Assembly (NCBI GenBank): GCA_951406725.2
Contig: OX597815.1
Coordinates: 30,752,001 to 30,816,000 of the forward strand
From: Octopus vulgaris
Lineage: Eukaryota
Length of the DNA stretch: 64,000 bases
Reading direction: 5' to 3'
In this document: piece by piece, positions 13,429 to 27,629 of the stretch
How the letters are laid out: each line of letters opens with the position of its first letter
Numbering within the stretch: the first letter of the stretch is position 1
Translations under genes and position numbers: made by a program
Notes under the pieces: generated by a model
The model's input: the letters and a program-made list of their open reading frames with translations, nothing else
What the model was told of the DNA's origin: nothing
Database searches by the model: none

Positions 13429-14319
13429 CTAGCATTAAAGACCCGTCGTTGCCGGGTCATAGTGCTAGGGCATGTATATATGTGTGTATATATATGTGTA
13501 CATATTCCATGTACATCTATATATATATACATCTACACATAAAATGCAAAATACAAAGTTATATCTTGATAGCGCTAGTGATAACAATACTCAAAATATA
13601 TAACAGACTGGAATTGTTAGCTCTTCTTTTTTCTCTACATTGTATACTTTATAGACAATAGTCTTTTCTTTAATTTAATTTTATATTATCCATCTGGACT
13701 ATTCCATTTCTACACGCTAATTTTATTTTTAATTTATTCCCATTCATATGAAACCACTTATTCAAGTTCAAATCATTGATGCAATTTTATACCAATTGCT
13801 ATTTTTACTTTTGTATGTTACGATTATATTATACTTTAGTTTGATTTTAATTATTACTTACTACATATAATTCAATTGTTATAATTTTTTACTGTTAAAG
13901 TGAAAGCATCTGACATAAAATAGAAAAATATTTTTGTTTCACTTTTAACACGTAATACTGAAATAGTGGAGAAGATATGATATTGCTATGGGCTCGCTCT
14001 AGGCAAGAAGTTGAACATTTTGTTTTGCCCATGAAACTACATGGACCCTAAGTAAGGCATGTATAAAATTTGAATGAAATTGGTTGTGTAGTTCTCAAGT
14101 TTTAGGGAATCGTAGTGGAGAAGATATGATATTGCTGTGGGCTCGCCCTAGGCAAAAAGTTAAATTTTTTTTTGCCGCTGACACTTCCCGGACCCTAAGT
14201 AAGGCATATGTAAAATTTGAATGAAATTAGTTGTGTAGTTCTCAAGTTTTAGGGAAACACACAGACAGACAGGCAGACAGACAGACAGACACACTTTCTC
14301 AGTATTATATATATAAAGA
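13429..14319 (-). mobile_element. Non-autonomous Helitron with an internal ~150-bp tandem duplication (13963-14256) and (GACA)n
   Basis: Minus strand 5'-TC start, 3' hairpin GACCCG-GCAACGA-CGGGTC then CTAG, inserted at A|T with no TSD. Confidence 0.8.
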
Positions 14320-14903
14320 TATATATACATGCATACATACATACATACTTACATACATATACACGCATTACTTTCAGCCCAAATCTTACTATTAAATATG
14401 CAATGCAGTTGGATCGTAGTAGTTACCACGTGGATGTGAAGGGAACTCTCAGCTAAGTCTGTGAAAACCATTGTATGCAGAAATATAAATACAAATAAAC
14501 TACATTATGCTCTGAAAATGATGAGAGATAGAGAGCAGTTTCGGAAGATCTTTAGATAAAATATGTTGCATTATTTGGTTACGGTTCCTTACTTACAATA
14601 TTTATAAACCACCCACGTTGACTTAATATTTTATCTCACGTAGGTCAATAATCTAAATACCATTTCAGTACTAGTGTCAATATAATTGATTATACACTTG
14701 GAAGAGCTGCTCACAATCCAGTGACTGAATTCATGAAAATAATTATTTTATCTTATGCCTATTGTATCCAGATTTCAAGTGGACATATTTTTTATTCGTA
14801 ACGAACTGTTTCTAAGTGTGGGATTACACCTGTCTTCAATAAGAACATAATGTTCACGTAGAATTTATGAATGTCTAAGTAAAACTTACTCTGTACATAT
14901 ATA

Positions 14904-14986
<83 letters not shown>
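14904..14986. repeat. (TG)n microsatellite
   Basis: Direct reading. Confidence 0.95.
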
Positions 14987-14989
<3 letters not shown>

Positions 14990-15821
14990 AAAGAGCGAGA
15001 GAGAGAGACGGCATTATAGAGATAAGCTAACCTCTTAATAAGTTATGACTGCGACATAAATATTTCCATTAAGAGATATTTTTCCTTTCCCTTAGAACGA
15101 TTCCCAGAGTACATATCTTATAAACCCCGCTCTCTTGTAGAAGCCCCGTCGCTCATTTATACATACAGCATCAATAATAATTTCACTTTCGTAGACCATG
15201 TCAAGGGCAAGTAACCCTGGCGAACCATTATTGAGGGTGTTACGCATATACAACATATTTTACTGTTTATTTTAGTATAGATATAAACATAACCGTGGGT
15301 AAATATTTAAGTCAAGTGAACTGAGCTGTCGAGTGATATATGGTTTTGTCATGGAAAAGTTTGTTTTTAATGCTGTTGCAATTATATAACATTTTCATGA
15401 CAAGGACGTAGAGTAAGAAGGTGCACCGTATGAAGTCAATAAAATAAACCTTAAACCTTTTAATCAGTACCCTGTTACTTTGGATTGTGGTGGCCTTCAA
15501 TCTTGATTGAAGTGGAATTTAAGGAATGAATTTCTGGACGACAAATAGCAAACTATGCGCTCCTGCAAAAACATGTTATCATAGCATTATAACCTTCTTT
15601 CACACGTGTTGGTTCCCAGATCATTCGGGGCAACACAACACGTTTGTTATGGTTTGAGTTATCCGCGCTGTTTTGTGAAATCAGTTTTAGTATTCTAGAG
15701 GCAATGATCGTATTCTAGTCTTTTCAGCCTTGAACTAAATGTATTACGTAGATCAATGTCTCTTCATCTGATTAGAAGTCACAACAAAATGCTTCCTCAT
15801 ACCAATATGCCAGTATAGTAA

Positions 15822-15910
<89 letters not shown>

Positions 15911-16070
15911 GTCTGTCTGTCTGCCAATCTGTCTGTCTGTTCGTCTGCCTATCTGTCTGTCTGTATCCGCCTAGCCTTTTATCTGTGTGTGTCTGTTTAT
16001 CTGTTTTTATGTCTGTCTCTATACTGTATGTATTCATGTATGTATATATGTCTGCATATCTATTTGTATG

Positions 16071-16127
<57 letters not shown>

Positions 16128-16245
16128 TATATATAGAGATAACCCACGATTATATAGATAGATAGATCGGTAGATAGGTAGATAGATAGATAGATAGATA
16201 GATAGATATATAGATAGATAGATAAATAGATACATAGATAGATAT
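15822..16245. repeat. (TATC)n, (TCTG)n, (TA)n and opposing (GATA)n tracts
   Basis: Direct reading. Confidence 0.93.
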
Positions 16246-16925
16246 ACATACATTCATACAAACGTACACACAATTCCCTTCCTCTATCCCTAAATACATA
16301 AGTGTGTATGTGCATGGAAACACATAGTATAACTATAAGAGAATAAACTGAAACAAAATAAAGAAAATATATCTGAACGAGAGAAACTCCCCACTGGTTG
16401 TTGCAGCGAAATTGCCCTGAAAGGAAATATGTGTGTGCGTGTGTCTGTGTGCGTGTATGTGTGTGTGTGTGTGTGGTATTCAATGTAAACTGCAATAGAT
16501 TAATGAAAGAAATGGATCAAAATGGCTGCCGAAAATGTTCGATGATGATATTGAAATCCATAGTTTTGGTGGCTGTTGCATCAACAGGGCATCCATATTG
16601 AACATGCTGGTTATGATGGCGATGACGATATAATGATAAAATATTGAGAAAAAAAATCTAGAAATTACAAGATAAGGAAAGATCAACAAGAATCTTACAC
16701 ATGAATACGAACACACACACACACATGCATACACATGTGTGGCTTTGACTATACATACATGCGCACACATATAGATACATACATACATAGATACACACAC
16801 ACGCATCCCCCCACACATATACATATATATGTATGCATATATCTATATATATGTATACATTTATACATATATACATGCATATTTACATATACATACATAC
16901 ATAGATACACATACACGCCCCCACG

Positions 16926-16956
<31 letters not shown>

Positions 16957-17861
16957 GTAAGCACATAACTATGTGTATGTATACATTCATACATATATAC
17001 GTGCATATTTATATACATACATACACATACTTATGTGTGTGTGTGTGTGTGTGTGTGTATACGAAGCCCATTTTACAAAAACGAAAGCATTTCTCTTATG
17101 TGCACATAAAAAATAATGTACAAAAATACCATCTTTGATTTTTGTTAGGTAGGAAGATCAGAGACAGAACTAATTATCGATGATTTGTTCATTCAGATGT
17201 AACCGCCTGCAATCGGGGGGGGGGGGGAGATTAAGGAGAGGAGCTGAAAAAGCAGTTGGAAAAGAGGAGGCGAGTGGGAGAGAAAAATAATCAATGGAAG
17301 AGAGTTTTAATTCCTAAGTGGAGAGAGAACAGTTCCGGATTGGATTACTGATGATATCAAAACTAGCTTTTATGCCTCTAAGACTTTTTTATTGAAGAAG
17401 GGGAATCAATAAGAAGGTTTACATTTGCATGTTGTTCTTCGTTTACTTTTGTAAGTGTGTGTGTCTGTGTGTGTTTGTGTGTGTGTGTGTGTGTGTGTAT
17501 TAGTTGTAAGTAAACTTGAGTTCACTAACACACGTCTAATTAAATCTGTCTCGCTTTTGTCTTTTATCTCGCTTTCTTCATTCAGCACGTACAAGTAAGC
17601 TTGTGTGTGCTGTTGAACGACAGAGAAAGTCTTCGATACTTGGTCAATATTACAAATATGTTTATTGTTCTTCTGGCATTATTTTTACTTTGAGGAAAAT
17701 GTTCAATTGAAAGAACGTGTATTATTTGTCTATAAGGAAAAATCAGGTGCCAGGATCTCGTCGTGTCATTCAGGAATTTTCATTATCACACGTGTTAAAA
17801 AACAGAAATTCACAAACGACTTTGAAGTCATCAACAGTGCAAAATAAACACACACACACAC

Positions 17862-17928
<67 letters not shown>

Positions 17929-18619
17929 CATGCACACACGCATGCACTCTCATATATTATTATTGCCAGTTGTGCAAGAGTCATTTACACTGCAGACGTC
18001 GTCCATTTGACATATTTAAGGATACTGTTCTGTGAGAAGATTCTCTGCTGTAGACGCAATACTTTCTGAGATGAGTAAGCTCTTGCAATGAAAAAAACCA
18101 TGAGGTATTTGCAAAGTAATATCGAATGATGATGTGTAGTTTGTCTAAGCTAGCTGACGAACTAAGTCGCAAGTGAGATTGGTAGAAACAAGACACGTCT
18201 GTGTCAGAAATATTTTTTTAATAAACTTGTTTTATGTGACTTTCAAGTGTCACTTCTTAATTCTGTTCTATATTTATCATGTAAACGAATGCCATAGCCT
18301 TAAATAACCTAACTTATTGTTACGTAATTATTGAGTGCATTTCCGTATTTTGCCTACAACAGAGAGGTTGAAATGATTTGGGTATTTCAGTGTTTAAATC
18401 CTTTTTATATGCGTAAACATTATTTTATTTTTCTCTTTTTAACCTAAAGTTCTTCTTAACTAACCACCTGCATAAGAGCAACGTTGTTCATTATTTATCC
18501 TTTAAATGTTTAAATGGTCTTGCAGTTTTTTATAGTTCTCTTCAATGTGATCTACGTTTGGAGAGGGAAGGGGTTTACTAGCGTGAGTGAATAACAGGAG
18601 GTATTTATGTGCATTGTAT

Positions 18620-19057
18620 TTGCAGTAATGTATGGTGTTACAGATAACTATTAACGTGACGGCTGTGTCATGGAACCAATGCATTACTTTACACGTCGTT
18701 GAAACTTCACGTTTGGGCAGTTATTATGGTCCAAATACACCATATCAGCCATTCCATGTTGGTACAAGTCTGTATAGGGAGTTGCATTTTCTCTCCAAGA
18801 ACCTAATTTCATCTCGGGTTTTCTGACTATACTGATGACCAGAGAGCAGCTGATATCCATAAGAGAGCATATTTTTTCTCAAGGTCCCATACCATAATAT
18901 ATGGCTGATTTTGCTTAAATGTTGTGTCTGTTGTCATTTTTAAGTTCTACTAGTATTCTTTGATCTATCGGACTCATTATAGTCAACTTCATCTCTCCTT
19001 TTGTCTTATTCTGTTCCAGACTATACCTTCGATTTTGCAAAGCCTATATTTGTCCTT
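18620..19057 (-). mobile_element. Older, diverged R4/Dong-like RLE endonuclease fragment
   Basis: Minus translation EY**NLKMTTDTTFKQNQPYIMVWDLEKK../DISCSL parallels EY*WNVPVKTSVKCKHNRPDIMIWD..EISCP of the next copy. Confidence 0.55.
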
Positions 19058-19205
19058 ATGCATGTATGTATCTCTGTATGTATGTATGTATGTATGTATG
19101 TATGTATGTATGTATGTATGTATGGATGTATGTATGTATGTATGTATGTATGTATGTATGTATGTATATATGTATGTATGTATGCATGCATGCATGCATG
19201 TATGT

Positions 19206-19920
19206 CATTGTCCAGTTTTATTTCAAGATTTCTTGCCAATAAAGAAAGAGCCGATTTCTAACCTAGATTCATAGCTTCTTTATTGGAATTTCAACATGAA
19301 CAATAGGGTACTTTTGTATGTATGTATGTATGTATGTATGTATGTATGTATGTATGTATGTATGTATGTGCAGATATATTTGTTTTATGTATGTATTCTC
19401 ATGCATATAGTTGCGTATCTCGAAATGCTTATATATCCTTAAATGATAAACTTCTGGAAAGTTTTACACGTTTTTACAGTTCTAATGATGGATTGGATCT
19501 GTAGTCTTCGAATTAGCTTTTTCCTTTCTGGTTTTGAGAAGTATAATTTCTCAAGATTGGTATTAGGGCAATGTGTTGCATATCCCAGTTCCCCAACAAT
19601 TACAGCTATAAACTTGAAATTGTAACCTGGATAGAGTAACTGCTGATTTCTTAATTGTTCAGCATAGGTGTTCTCTTTTTCACTGATCTTTCTCTTTATG
19701 TAAATAACCGATGGGCAGCTAATTTCAGCAACTGCACACAGTTTCTATTCTCTATCCCAAATCATTATATCAGGTCTGTTGTGCTTACATTTTACTGAGG
19801 TCTTTACTGGTACATTCCATCAGTATTCTTTTTCATTATGAGTGGCTATGACTTCTACCATATTATGGGTTCATATTTCTTTGTCTTCGAGATTATCCTT
19901 CCGACAGATTTCATTATATG
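19206..19920 (-). mobile_element. 5'-truncated R4/Dong-like LINE: RLE domain (19439-19920) and 3' UTR with internal (CATA)n
   Basis: KHNRPDIMIWD..AEISCP..KISEKENTYAE..LLYPGY.FKFIAVIVGELG..KTCKTFQKFII*: PD..E..K..Y restriction-like endonuclease signature. Confidence 0.82.
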
Positions 19921-20073
19921 TAAGTATGTATGTATGTATGTATGTATGTATGTATGTATGTATGTATGTATGTATGTATGTATGTATGTATGTATGAATG
20001 TGTGTATGTATGTATGTATGTATGTATGTATGTATGTATGTATGTATGTATGTATGTGTGTGTGTGTGTATAT

Positions 20074-20500
20074 GTGCAGATGTGTATATTTTGTTTTATG
20101 TATGTATTCTCATGCATATAGTTCCATATCTAGACAGCCTCACTTGCATTTAAATTATAAACTTTTGGAAAGTTTTACAAAGTTTTACAGTTCCAGTGAT
20201 AGATTCGATCTGTAGTCTCCGAATTACCTTTCTCCATTCTAGGTTTGAGAATCCTAATTTCTCAATATTGTTATTAAGCAGTGTGTTACATATCTCATGG
20301 CTCCACTAATTACAATTATATACCTGAATTTGCAATCTTGATAAAGTAACTGCAGATTTCTCAATAGTTCAGCGCAGGTATTCGGTTTTCCACTGATCTT
20401 CAGTTTTGTTAACATCCGCAGGGCAGCTAATTTCGACAACTGTACACAGTTTCTGTTCTATATCCCAAGTCACTATATCAGGCCTGTTGTGGTACATTTA
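20074..20500 (-). mobile_element. Second 5'-truncated R4/Dong-like LINE copy
   Basis: HNRPDIVTWDIEQKLCTVVEISCPADVN../AELLRNLQLLYQD; collinear with 19367-19790 and flanked by TATG tracts. Confidence 0.82.
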
Positions 20501-20663
20501 TGTACATAAGTATGTATGTATGTATGTATGTATGTATGTATGTATGTATGTATGTATGCATGTATGTATGTATGTATGTATGTATGTATGCATGTATGTA
20601 TATATGTATGCATGGATGTCTATATGCATATTTGCTTACATGTATGTATGAATGTATGTTTTA

Positions 20664-20708
<45 letters not shown>

Positions 20709-22599
20709 GCATGTATGTATGAATGTATGTATTTATGTATACATGCATGTGTATATGTATGTATGTTCATATGTATGTAAGGATGTATGCATGCATTTAT
20801 GTTTGTTTATGTGTATGCATTTATATTCACATACCTTGTCTTAACCAACAGATGACAGCAAGTTCGATTTACAAACCTGTTAAGCATTTTCACAGAGTGG
20901 CCTTGATACATCTTTTAAAATCATGCAGTGCTATCGAGACCAACAAACAATTCGAGAAACCTTATATCACTTTTCTACTAGAGAATCATCTTTTGCGGGA
21001 ATGAAATATTTATTAAATTCTGGAAATATGTCTGTTGAGAACAGAGACACACACATTCCCATGAATATATATCTCTGTATTTCACGTGTAGTTGTATGTT
21101 TAATTTTCCATCACCCAAACTCACGAGGTTTTCAGCTAATGAAAGATGTTAAATATTGTGCCATTATTGAATAATAGCGTGGATATTTATTTAGCTGCTT
21201 CACATGTGATTAAACTAATACAGAGGAAAGCTCATGACAGCTGTGTGTAATGAAATTCAATGTAAAAACTAAATTCTACCAGATTCGTTTGAAGCAAAAT
21301 GTTCACATATTAAAAATATGTTGACATGAAAGTGTTATACGCATGCTTTTGAGTATGCGTAACGTACATTTGTGTGTGTTTGTGAATCAGATACAAGAAG
21401 ACACATGCCTTGATAAACATACATTTGCGGAGATGATAGAGGAAAGGGAAATGTGGAGGTGACTGGCCAATAAATTCTGCATGCTCTCAATTTGTCATGC
21501 ATACATATGAATGTGTGTCATGCAAATATATGTTTGTGAATGATTTCTTTTTTTTTTTTAGGCACAGCAACCTACTACATTGGGTTGCGGTAAATATCGC
21601 GGTAACTGTGTATAAGAACATCTGTTGATAGTATGTTTTATATTATCGATTCCGGATTTTTAGCTCTTCAGCTCTGGCTTTTAAGAAAATAATCTCTTAT
21701 ATCAGAATTAAACGAAACATTTATTTGAGATCTGAAAAAGATAATTCTATTTTTGATTCATTGTAGTTAATCTTGTTTAATATCTTATTATTTAATATCA
21801 TTCTTAGTTCAGATCCCTCTTGGTTTATGATAATTTCAAGGAGTGTAGGTGTGCGTAACTGTACGAGTGTCAGACAAAATATCATTACGTTCTGAATTGA
21901 ATTTTCATCAAGACCAAATCTGTTGTCCATCATTTCGGGGTATACAAAAGCAAATGCTTTTCTATATTATTTTGATAAGCACTAACACTAGAATTAGAAA
22001 ATCCCAAATGGTCTTGCGAGAGTTAACTGTTATTTCTACTAGCCTGTACTTTCTATTTATTTGGTCGCTGAAGTCTGGTGTGTACAATTCAGCTTGTATA
22101 GGTGTTGCATCTTGAAAATGAAGCATTTGGACAAGTTTAAACTTCTAGATCATTGATTCTCAGACTATTTTGTGGCGGAATTTTTATACGCGTTGCAAAA
22201 CTCTTAGAAGCAACAGACGATAACTACGATCAGAATATTAATAAGGCATTAGATAATACAAAATATATTTTAGAGATGGAAATTATTCACATAAAAAGAT
22301 ATAAAAATGTGGTATTTTCAAAATGGTGAATATATTAAGTTTTATGTAAAATAGATTTTTAGAACTTTTATTCAACCACCTTATCACGATGAAATTTTTT
22401 ACAGAACCCTTGTGTTACTCGAGATCTACTTTAGAAAGCCCTGCATAAAAGCTATTCATGATCAACAATGACATCATTAAATGACATAATATTTCTGCAA
22501 AAGGTTTTCATAGAATTTTTATCCACTTTGAAAGATATCTTAAATTTATTATAGATATCTCAGACATGAAAACGAGTGAGATAAAAATGAATATATTAC

Positions 22600-25000
22600 T
22601 TTTAACACAGGGCATGCTGCAGGCATATCCGGTGCATAAATTGAGCTACCTGAAAAATTGCAAAAGAGTGGTATGAATATAGCATTATCTACTATTCAAT
22701 AGCAAAAACTTTAATTGCATTTAAATTTACTTGAAGCAAAAGACAAAAAGTATACTCAATGAACGAAGAATACTATTTTCACCGAAACAACGTACTAGAC
22801 AACCTATTAACGATTTCATCAGTTATTTTACGTAAATGTATAAAAATATTGTAATGGTTTCATACCATTTATGAAAGAAGCATTTAAGTTCGTTTTGCCA
22901 AAGACTTTACGTAAGCCAATCCAAAAACAGGTTGTCATAACATTACTTTAATTCTTAAAACAGGAAAAAAGAAACATCAGTCTGAAAAGTCTTACTTGAA
23001 GACTTTATAATTAGTATCATGGATACTACTATTATAAATAACTCAAATTCCATGTCGGTGTTTTGGGGAAATATACTTCAATCCTAACTAAGGCTTGTAT
23101 TTAGTCTCCATTAATGACATTGTGTGGGTGCAGAGAATTTCTGTTGTTGGTATATCATGATTTAATGTAATGTGATGGAGCATTTTGGAAAAAACAATAT
23201 CTCGAAAACCAATGTTATTAGCAGTATCAAACATCAAACTAAAGGCAATCGACCATACTTTATTGATTGTGGTAACGAAGAGATTGTGAAAAGGCTGGCA
23301 ATTAAATAATATTCTATATTATGTCCAAAGGAGCAATTTATTTATGGAAGCCAGCTAAATATAAATGGAAAGCGAATTAGAGAAACTAAATTAAACGAAT
23401 GATTGCCATTCGCAGAAGTGTTTGTTATCCCCGAAATAGATATTTCTGTAATTTTGGAAAGCTCTGCTTTATCAAAATTCTAATCACTTCAGATTAAATT
23501 AAAAGGTAAACTTCTACCTTGGAGTGTATCTAATATATGTATTGGTCAGATATTTGATATACTATTTTACAGACCTATGGAAATGTCAAGTATCACTAAA
23601 TCAAGCACAGGAATTTCTATTGTCGTGATGTCCATAAGTTGCTATTTCTTCCGCAATTTCATTAAAAAGGAAATTAATGGAATACTCTCTGTGGGAATAA
23701 GATATACGCTCGTAGGTGCCATGGGGGCCAGGAATTTTAGTCAATAACCTCTGGTAACAAACATTTAGTGGGTGACTCCACACCAACGGTTATGAGTCAC
23801 ACTGTTAGATACATTTCATATCCCACTTAGGGATGTTTTAAGCTAGATTCATGAAAATCCTTATTTCATTAGTGTTGATCATCATTTGGCATACTATCAA
23901 AGACTATTACGTCGCAGGGAACAAAATTTACAATTTCTGAAGTAAATGATGAAATTTTGTAATTTATGCGACTACCAATTGTAGTTACAAAAGATTGGCA
24001 CCTGGAGTAACGAATAAAATTCCAATTATTTTAAAGCGTAATGAGAGAAACTGCAAAATGTTTGAAAGGAAAGAATTTGATGGTGTGGTGATAAAAGTAG
24101 GAATTAAAAGAATATTGTTTAAATTTGGAAAATTTGCTTTAAATATGCCAAAGAAGTAGGACTTTTACAGAAATGTAAAAGAAATGTAAATTCACAAATT
24201 TAGAGAAGAGAAGATGCTACCGAATTTTGGCAGACCAAAAACTGATTTCCTGTGCCAAGAAATTCAAAATGGAATGGAGCATTTCATAGAGTGAAGCGTA
24301 TATTATTGAAAATAAGTAACACATTTTGCTGAAATCGCGGATGCTTGTTTGAAGCTAACAACATCAACGTTTTCCATTGTCACCTGCATATCTTGATATA
24401 ATTAAGAAACAGCTGGAAGTGCTTATGCATTGAGAGTGTTGCAGCAGCTTTGTTATCTATTCTAACCCCTGGTTCAATACTTACTCTCCAAACACGTGTT
24501 TACATCTTCAATAGTCGTATCTTAATGCAAAATTGGCAGCTAATTTACTTATATTTAGATATATTGAATGATATTGGAAATAGATGGCTCGCTGAAGAGG
24601 TAGAATCCTTTGCAACAGTCAATCAAATCAGTTGAAAAATTGCGAGAATACCTCTTAGTCCATCAATTGAAGCTTGTTATAGGTCAACCAGCAAGAGATT
24701 TAATATTTGCTTGTCGACCTATCTGCTATTAAAAGTTGCGAAGTATGTCGTTGGAGAATATAGCTTTTAGAGCTGTCATGTGGCATACAACACTGTTTAG
24801 AAAGAGGGAATTTAAGTACAGATATCTTAATGAATCGAGATCAAATTATGGTAAGAGAAATATAGCAAAGAAAGATCGCTGAAGAGATTATAATTTGGTT
24901 TCGTATAAATTTATGAGTTCGGTTCCTCAGTCAATAGAACTTTCGCAGTAGCTGACAATGACTGTTATCGGAACAAAGTAAATTATCATAATAGAATACT
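22600..25000 (+). mobile_element. Highly decayed Gypsy-type LTR retrotransposon internal region (protease, RT, RNase H, integrase start); boundaries approximate
   Basis: Ordered broken motifs: FIDCG (~23260), S*VPWG (~23710), DTFHIP..ISVDHHLAYYQ..FMRLP.VVT (23810-23990), TDFLCQEI (~24245), EVESFATV..KLREYLL..CRWRI*L (24595-24770), SYKFMSSVPQS..TVI (~24900). No LTRs identified. Confidence 0.6.
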
Positions 25001-25694
25001 GTTAGAATATTCGATGTGTTAATCTTTCCTATTTACCATAGCAAAAACAACTCCACAAAATGGTTTTCTATGCTTCCCTTATAATTCATTGGTTTGCTTC
25101 TCTGAGACATCTTCATTGTACTGTCATTCAATGTTATTCGGTGAATTTTTGGAATCTTTAAGTAAAACTAGCGGGACCAGTGAATATTTCATGGAATTAT
25201 TGGTAAACCTATTGGGTTATTTCTAAAATCTTTATCCAAAAAGCCTGAAAGCGTAGCCTGTGTGGTGTTTGTAAGATGGAATTTAGAACATAGTAACCCC
25301 CTCGATTGAATAGAAAAACATTTACGTTACACTCAGATATATTTGTTGCAAACAAATTAGACGTTAAAGGGCTGGGACGAAGAAGTGCTGATTAATTCTT
25401 AGGAATAGGGCATATTTTCCTGAGCTACGAAAATTCGATTTACTTATTATTTATTGTTGGTATGAAACTTTAAAAAACCACTTGATGATTTTTATCCTTA
25501 ATTATATAATATTAACAAAATCACTTCCTAAAACATCAGGATTACTTAGTTTAATGTAAAATTGTTTTTATTATAACTCTATGTCAAAACATACATACAT
25601 GCGTATGTGTGATTATATATATATATATGACATCAGTAAATATATGTGCATGTAATACATAAATTATATATATATATATATGTATATATATATG

Positions 25695-25744
<50 letters not shown>

Positions 25745-25747
<3 letters not shown>

Positions 25748-26150
25748 CCGAGGAAGACCATCGCTGACCGTTGCCCATGCAAAATGTCACCAACGCTCGT
25801 GCATGAGGTTATTCCACCCGTGGCCGTTTCACCCAGGCTCGTGTCCGCAAGCTTCCTTCTTCTGCCTGGTGCCCTCCTACTCGTCGAGTTTCGTCTATCC
25901 TAAAATTCTAGATCAAATATAGCTTTCACAAGACCTTAAAGATTCTCTACCCACTAGTGACATGATCCAGTGCCAATATAGATTGCAATTTCAGGAATGT
26001 AGAAGCGCCATGATCTCATGAACAAGCAAATGATCTCCCAAATGCCCAATGCCATTCACTGCATATTCGGCTTTATATCAGAATCTGAGGGAAGTCTCAC
26101 TCACAACGTCTTCCAGCATGCGGGACACCAAGCCGACATTCCTGAGGGTC
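25745..26150 (-). mobile_element. Old RTE-like LINE 3' fragment
   Basis: GC-richer block with broken C-terminal RTE-like motifs (HVT, KAIF, Arg/Gly-rich patch). Confidence 0.35.
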
Positions 26151-27240
26151 CGTGCTATTGCTAGATACTCAGTGAACCAACTCTAGGTTCATCCATTCTT
26201 TTTACGAATCTTGTTTTTGTCCTGTAGGGTTTATAGCAACCCTTCTCACCAGGGAAACTTAATGTGTGTGCGTGTGTGTGTGGGGGGGGGTACTAGTTGA
26301 GACACCGACGGCCAGATCATACAACAGATTTTACTGAATTCCATGTTACCAATAGTAATCACGAGAGGGCTGAAGCAATTATATATATGTGTGTGAGTAT
26401 GTGTGAGTACGTTTGTGTGTGTGCGTGTGCGTGTGCGTTTGTGTGTGTATTTGTGTGTTTGTGTGATGGTGGCAATGGGTGACTGCCGTTTGCCAGTGAT
26501 TATTCAATTATTGTTTCGAATGAATTATGTGCTCCTCAATTAACGTAAAAGTTGCTGATATTTCGAAAGACACCGTGTACCTTTAACGGAATTCTCATTT
26601 AGGATCAGCGTGTCACAGTGTCTGACGTACTGCACATTTTGAAGAAGAGGTATATTGTAGATACCGTGCAATGAGAATAAATTCTCGTTTTCATTTATAC
26701 ATAAAGCACGAGCAATTCGAAATTGCTTGTTTGGTACCATGGTGCGGTTTTAGTTGACCAGAATTGCCCAAGGTGTTATGCAGTTGGACTGAACCTGAAT
26801 CAAACCTCTTACCTCACAGCCACGCACGCACCTGTCTGTATGTGTGCATTTGTATGTGTGTATTTGTGCGACTGCATTTGTGTGTATATATATATACGAC
26901 TGTGTATGTTTGTCCATGTGTGTTAGAATTCGTGTGTGTGTGTATGTGCATGTTTCTGAGTGTGTGTAAGCGCATGTCCGTGTGCGCGCACGCATGAATG
27001 TCTGTGCGTGTATTTACATCAACGTAAGCTGCAGCGAAGGCAGATAAACCAAGAAGATGAAGAACTCATAGAAAAGCTTAAGGTGTGTTATTCACTGGAT
27101 TTCTGGTAAGCATCTTCACCAAATTTCTTCTATCACCATTTCCAAAACACGTGGCTGTTCCTGCGCAAACTATCATATAGTTTGAGAAAATATAATTAGT
27201 TCTGTGCGACTTGTAATATGTAGCTGTTGGACCTTCCTTG

Positions 27241-27629
27241 TGGAGGCGCAATGGCCCAGTGGTTAGGGCAGCGGACTCGCGGTCATAGGATCGCGGTTTC
27301 GATTCCCAGACCGGGCGTTGTGAGTGTTTATTGAGCGAAAACACCTAAAGCACCACGAGGCTCCGGCAGGGGATGGTGGTGATCCCTGCTGTAGTCTTTC
27401 ACCACAACTTTCTCTCACTCTTACTTCCTGTTTCTGTTGTACCTGTATTTCAAAAGGGCCGGCCTTGTCACTCTCTGTGTCACGCTGAATATCCCCGAGA
27501 ACTACGTTAAGGGTACACGTGTCTGTGGAGTGCTCAGCCACTTACACGTTAAGTTCACGAGCAGGCTGTTCCGTTGATTCGGATCAACCGGAATCCTCGT
27601 CGTCGTAACCGACGGAGTGCTTCCATCCA
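27241..27629 (+). mobile_element. Full-length tRNA-derived SINE family B with 11-bp TSD
   Basis: A box TGGCCCAGTGG, B box GTTTCGATTCC; TGGACCTTCCT at 27228-27238 and 27630-27640. Confidence 0.92.

Noticed and set aside
23170-23810. Mutator-like motifs DGAF and HTNGYESH
   Set aside because: Other frames give a longer, ordered Gypsy protease-RT series over the same bases.
27241-27315. tRNA-like sequence, also at 12750-12822, 45089-45155 and 59921
   Set aside because: SINE heads with no proper acceptor stem, followed by SINE bodies and often TSDs.
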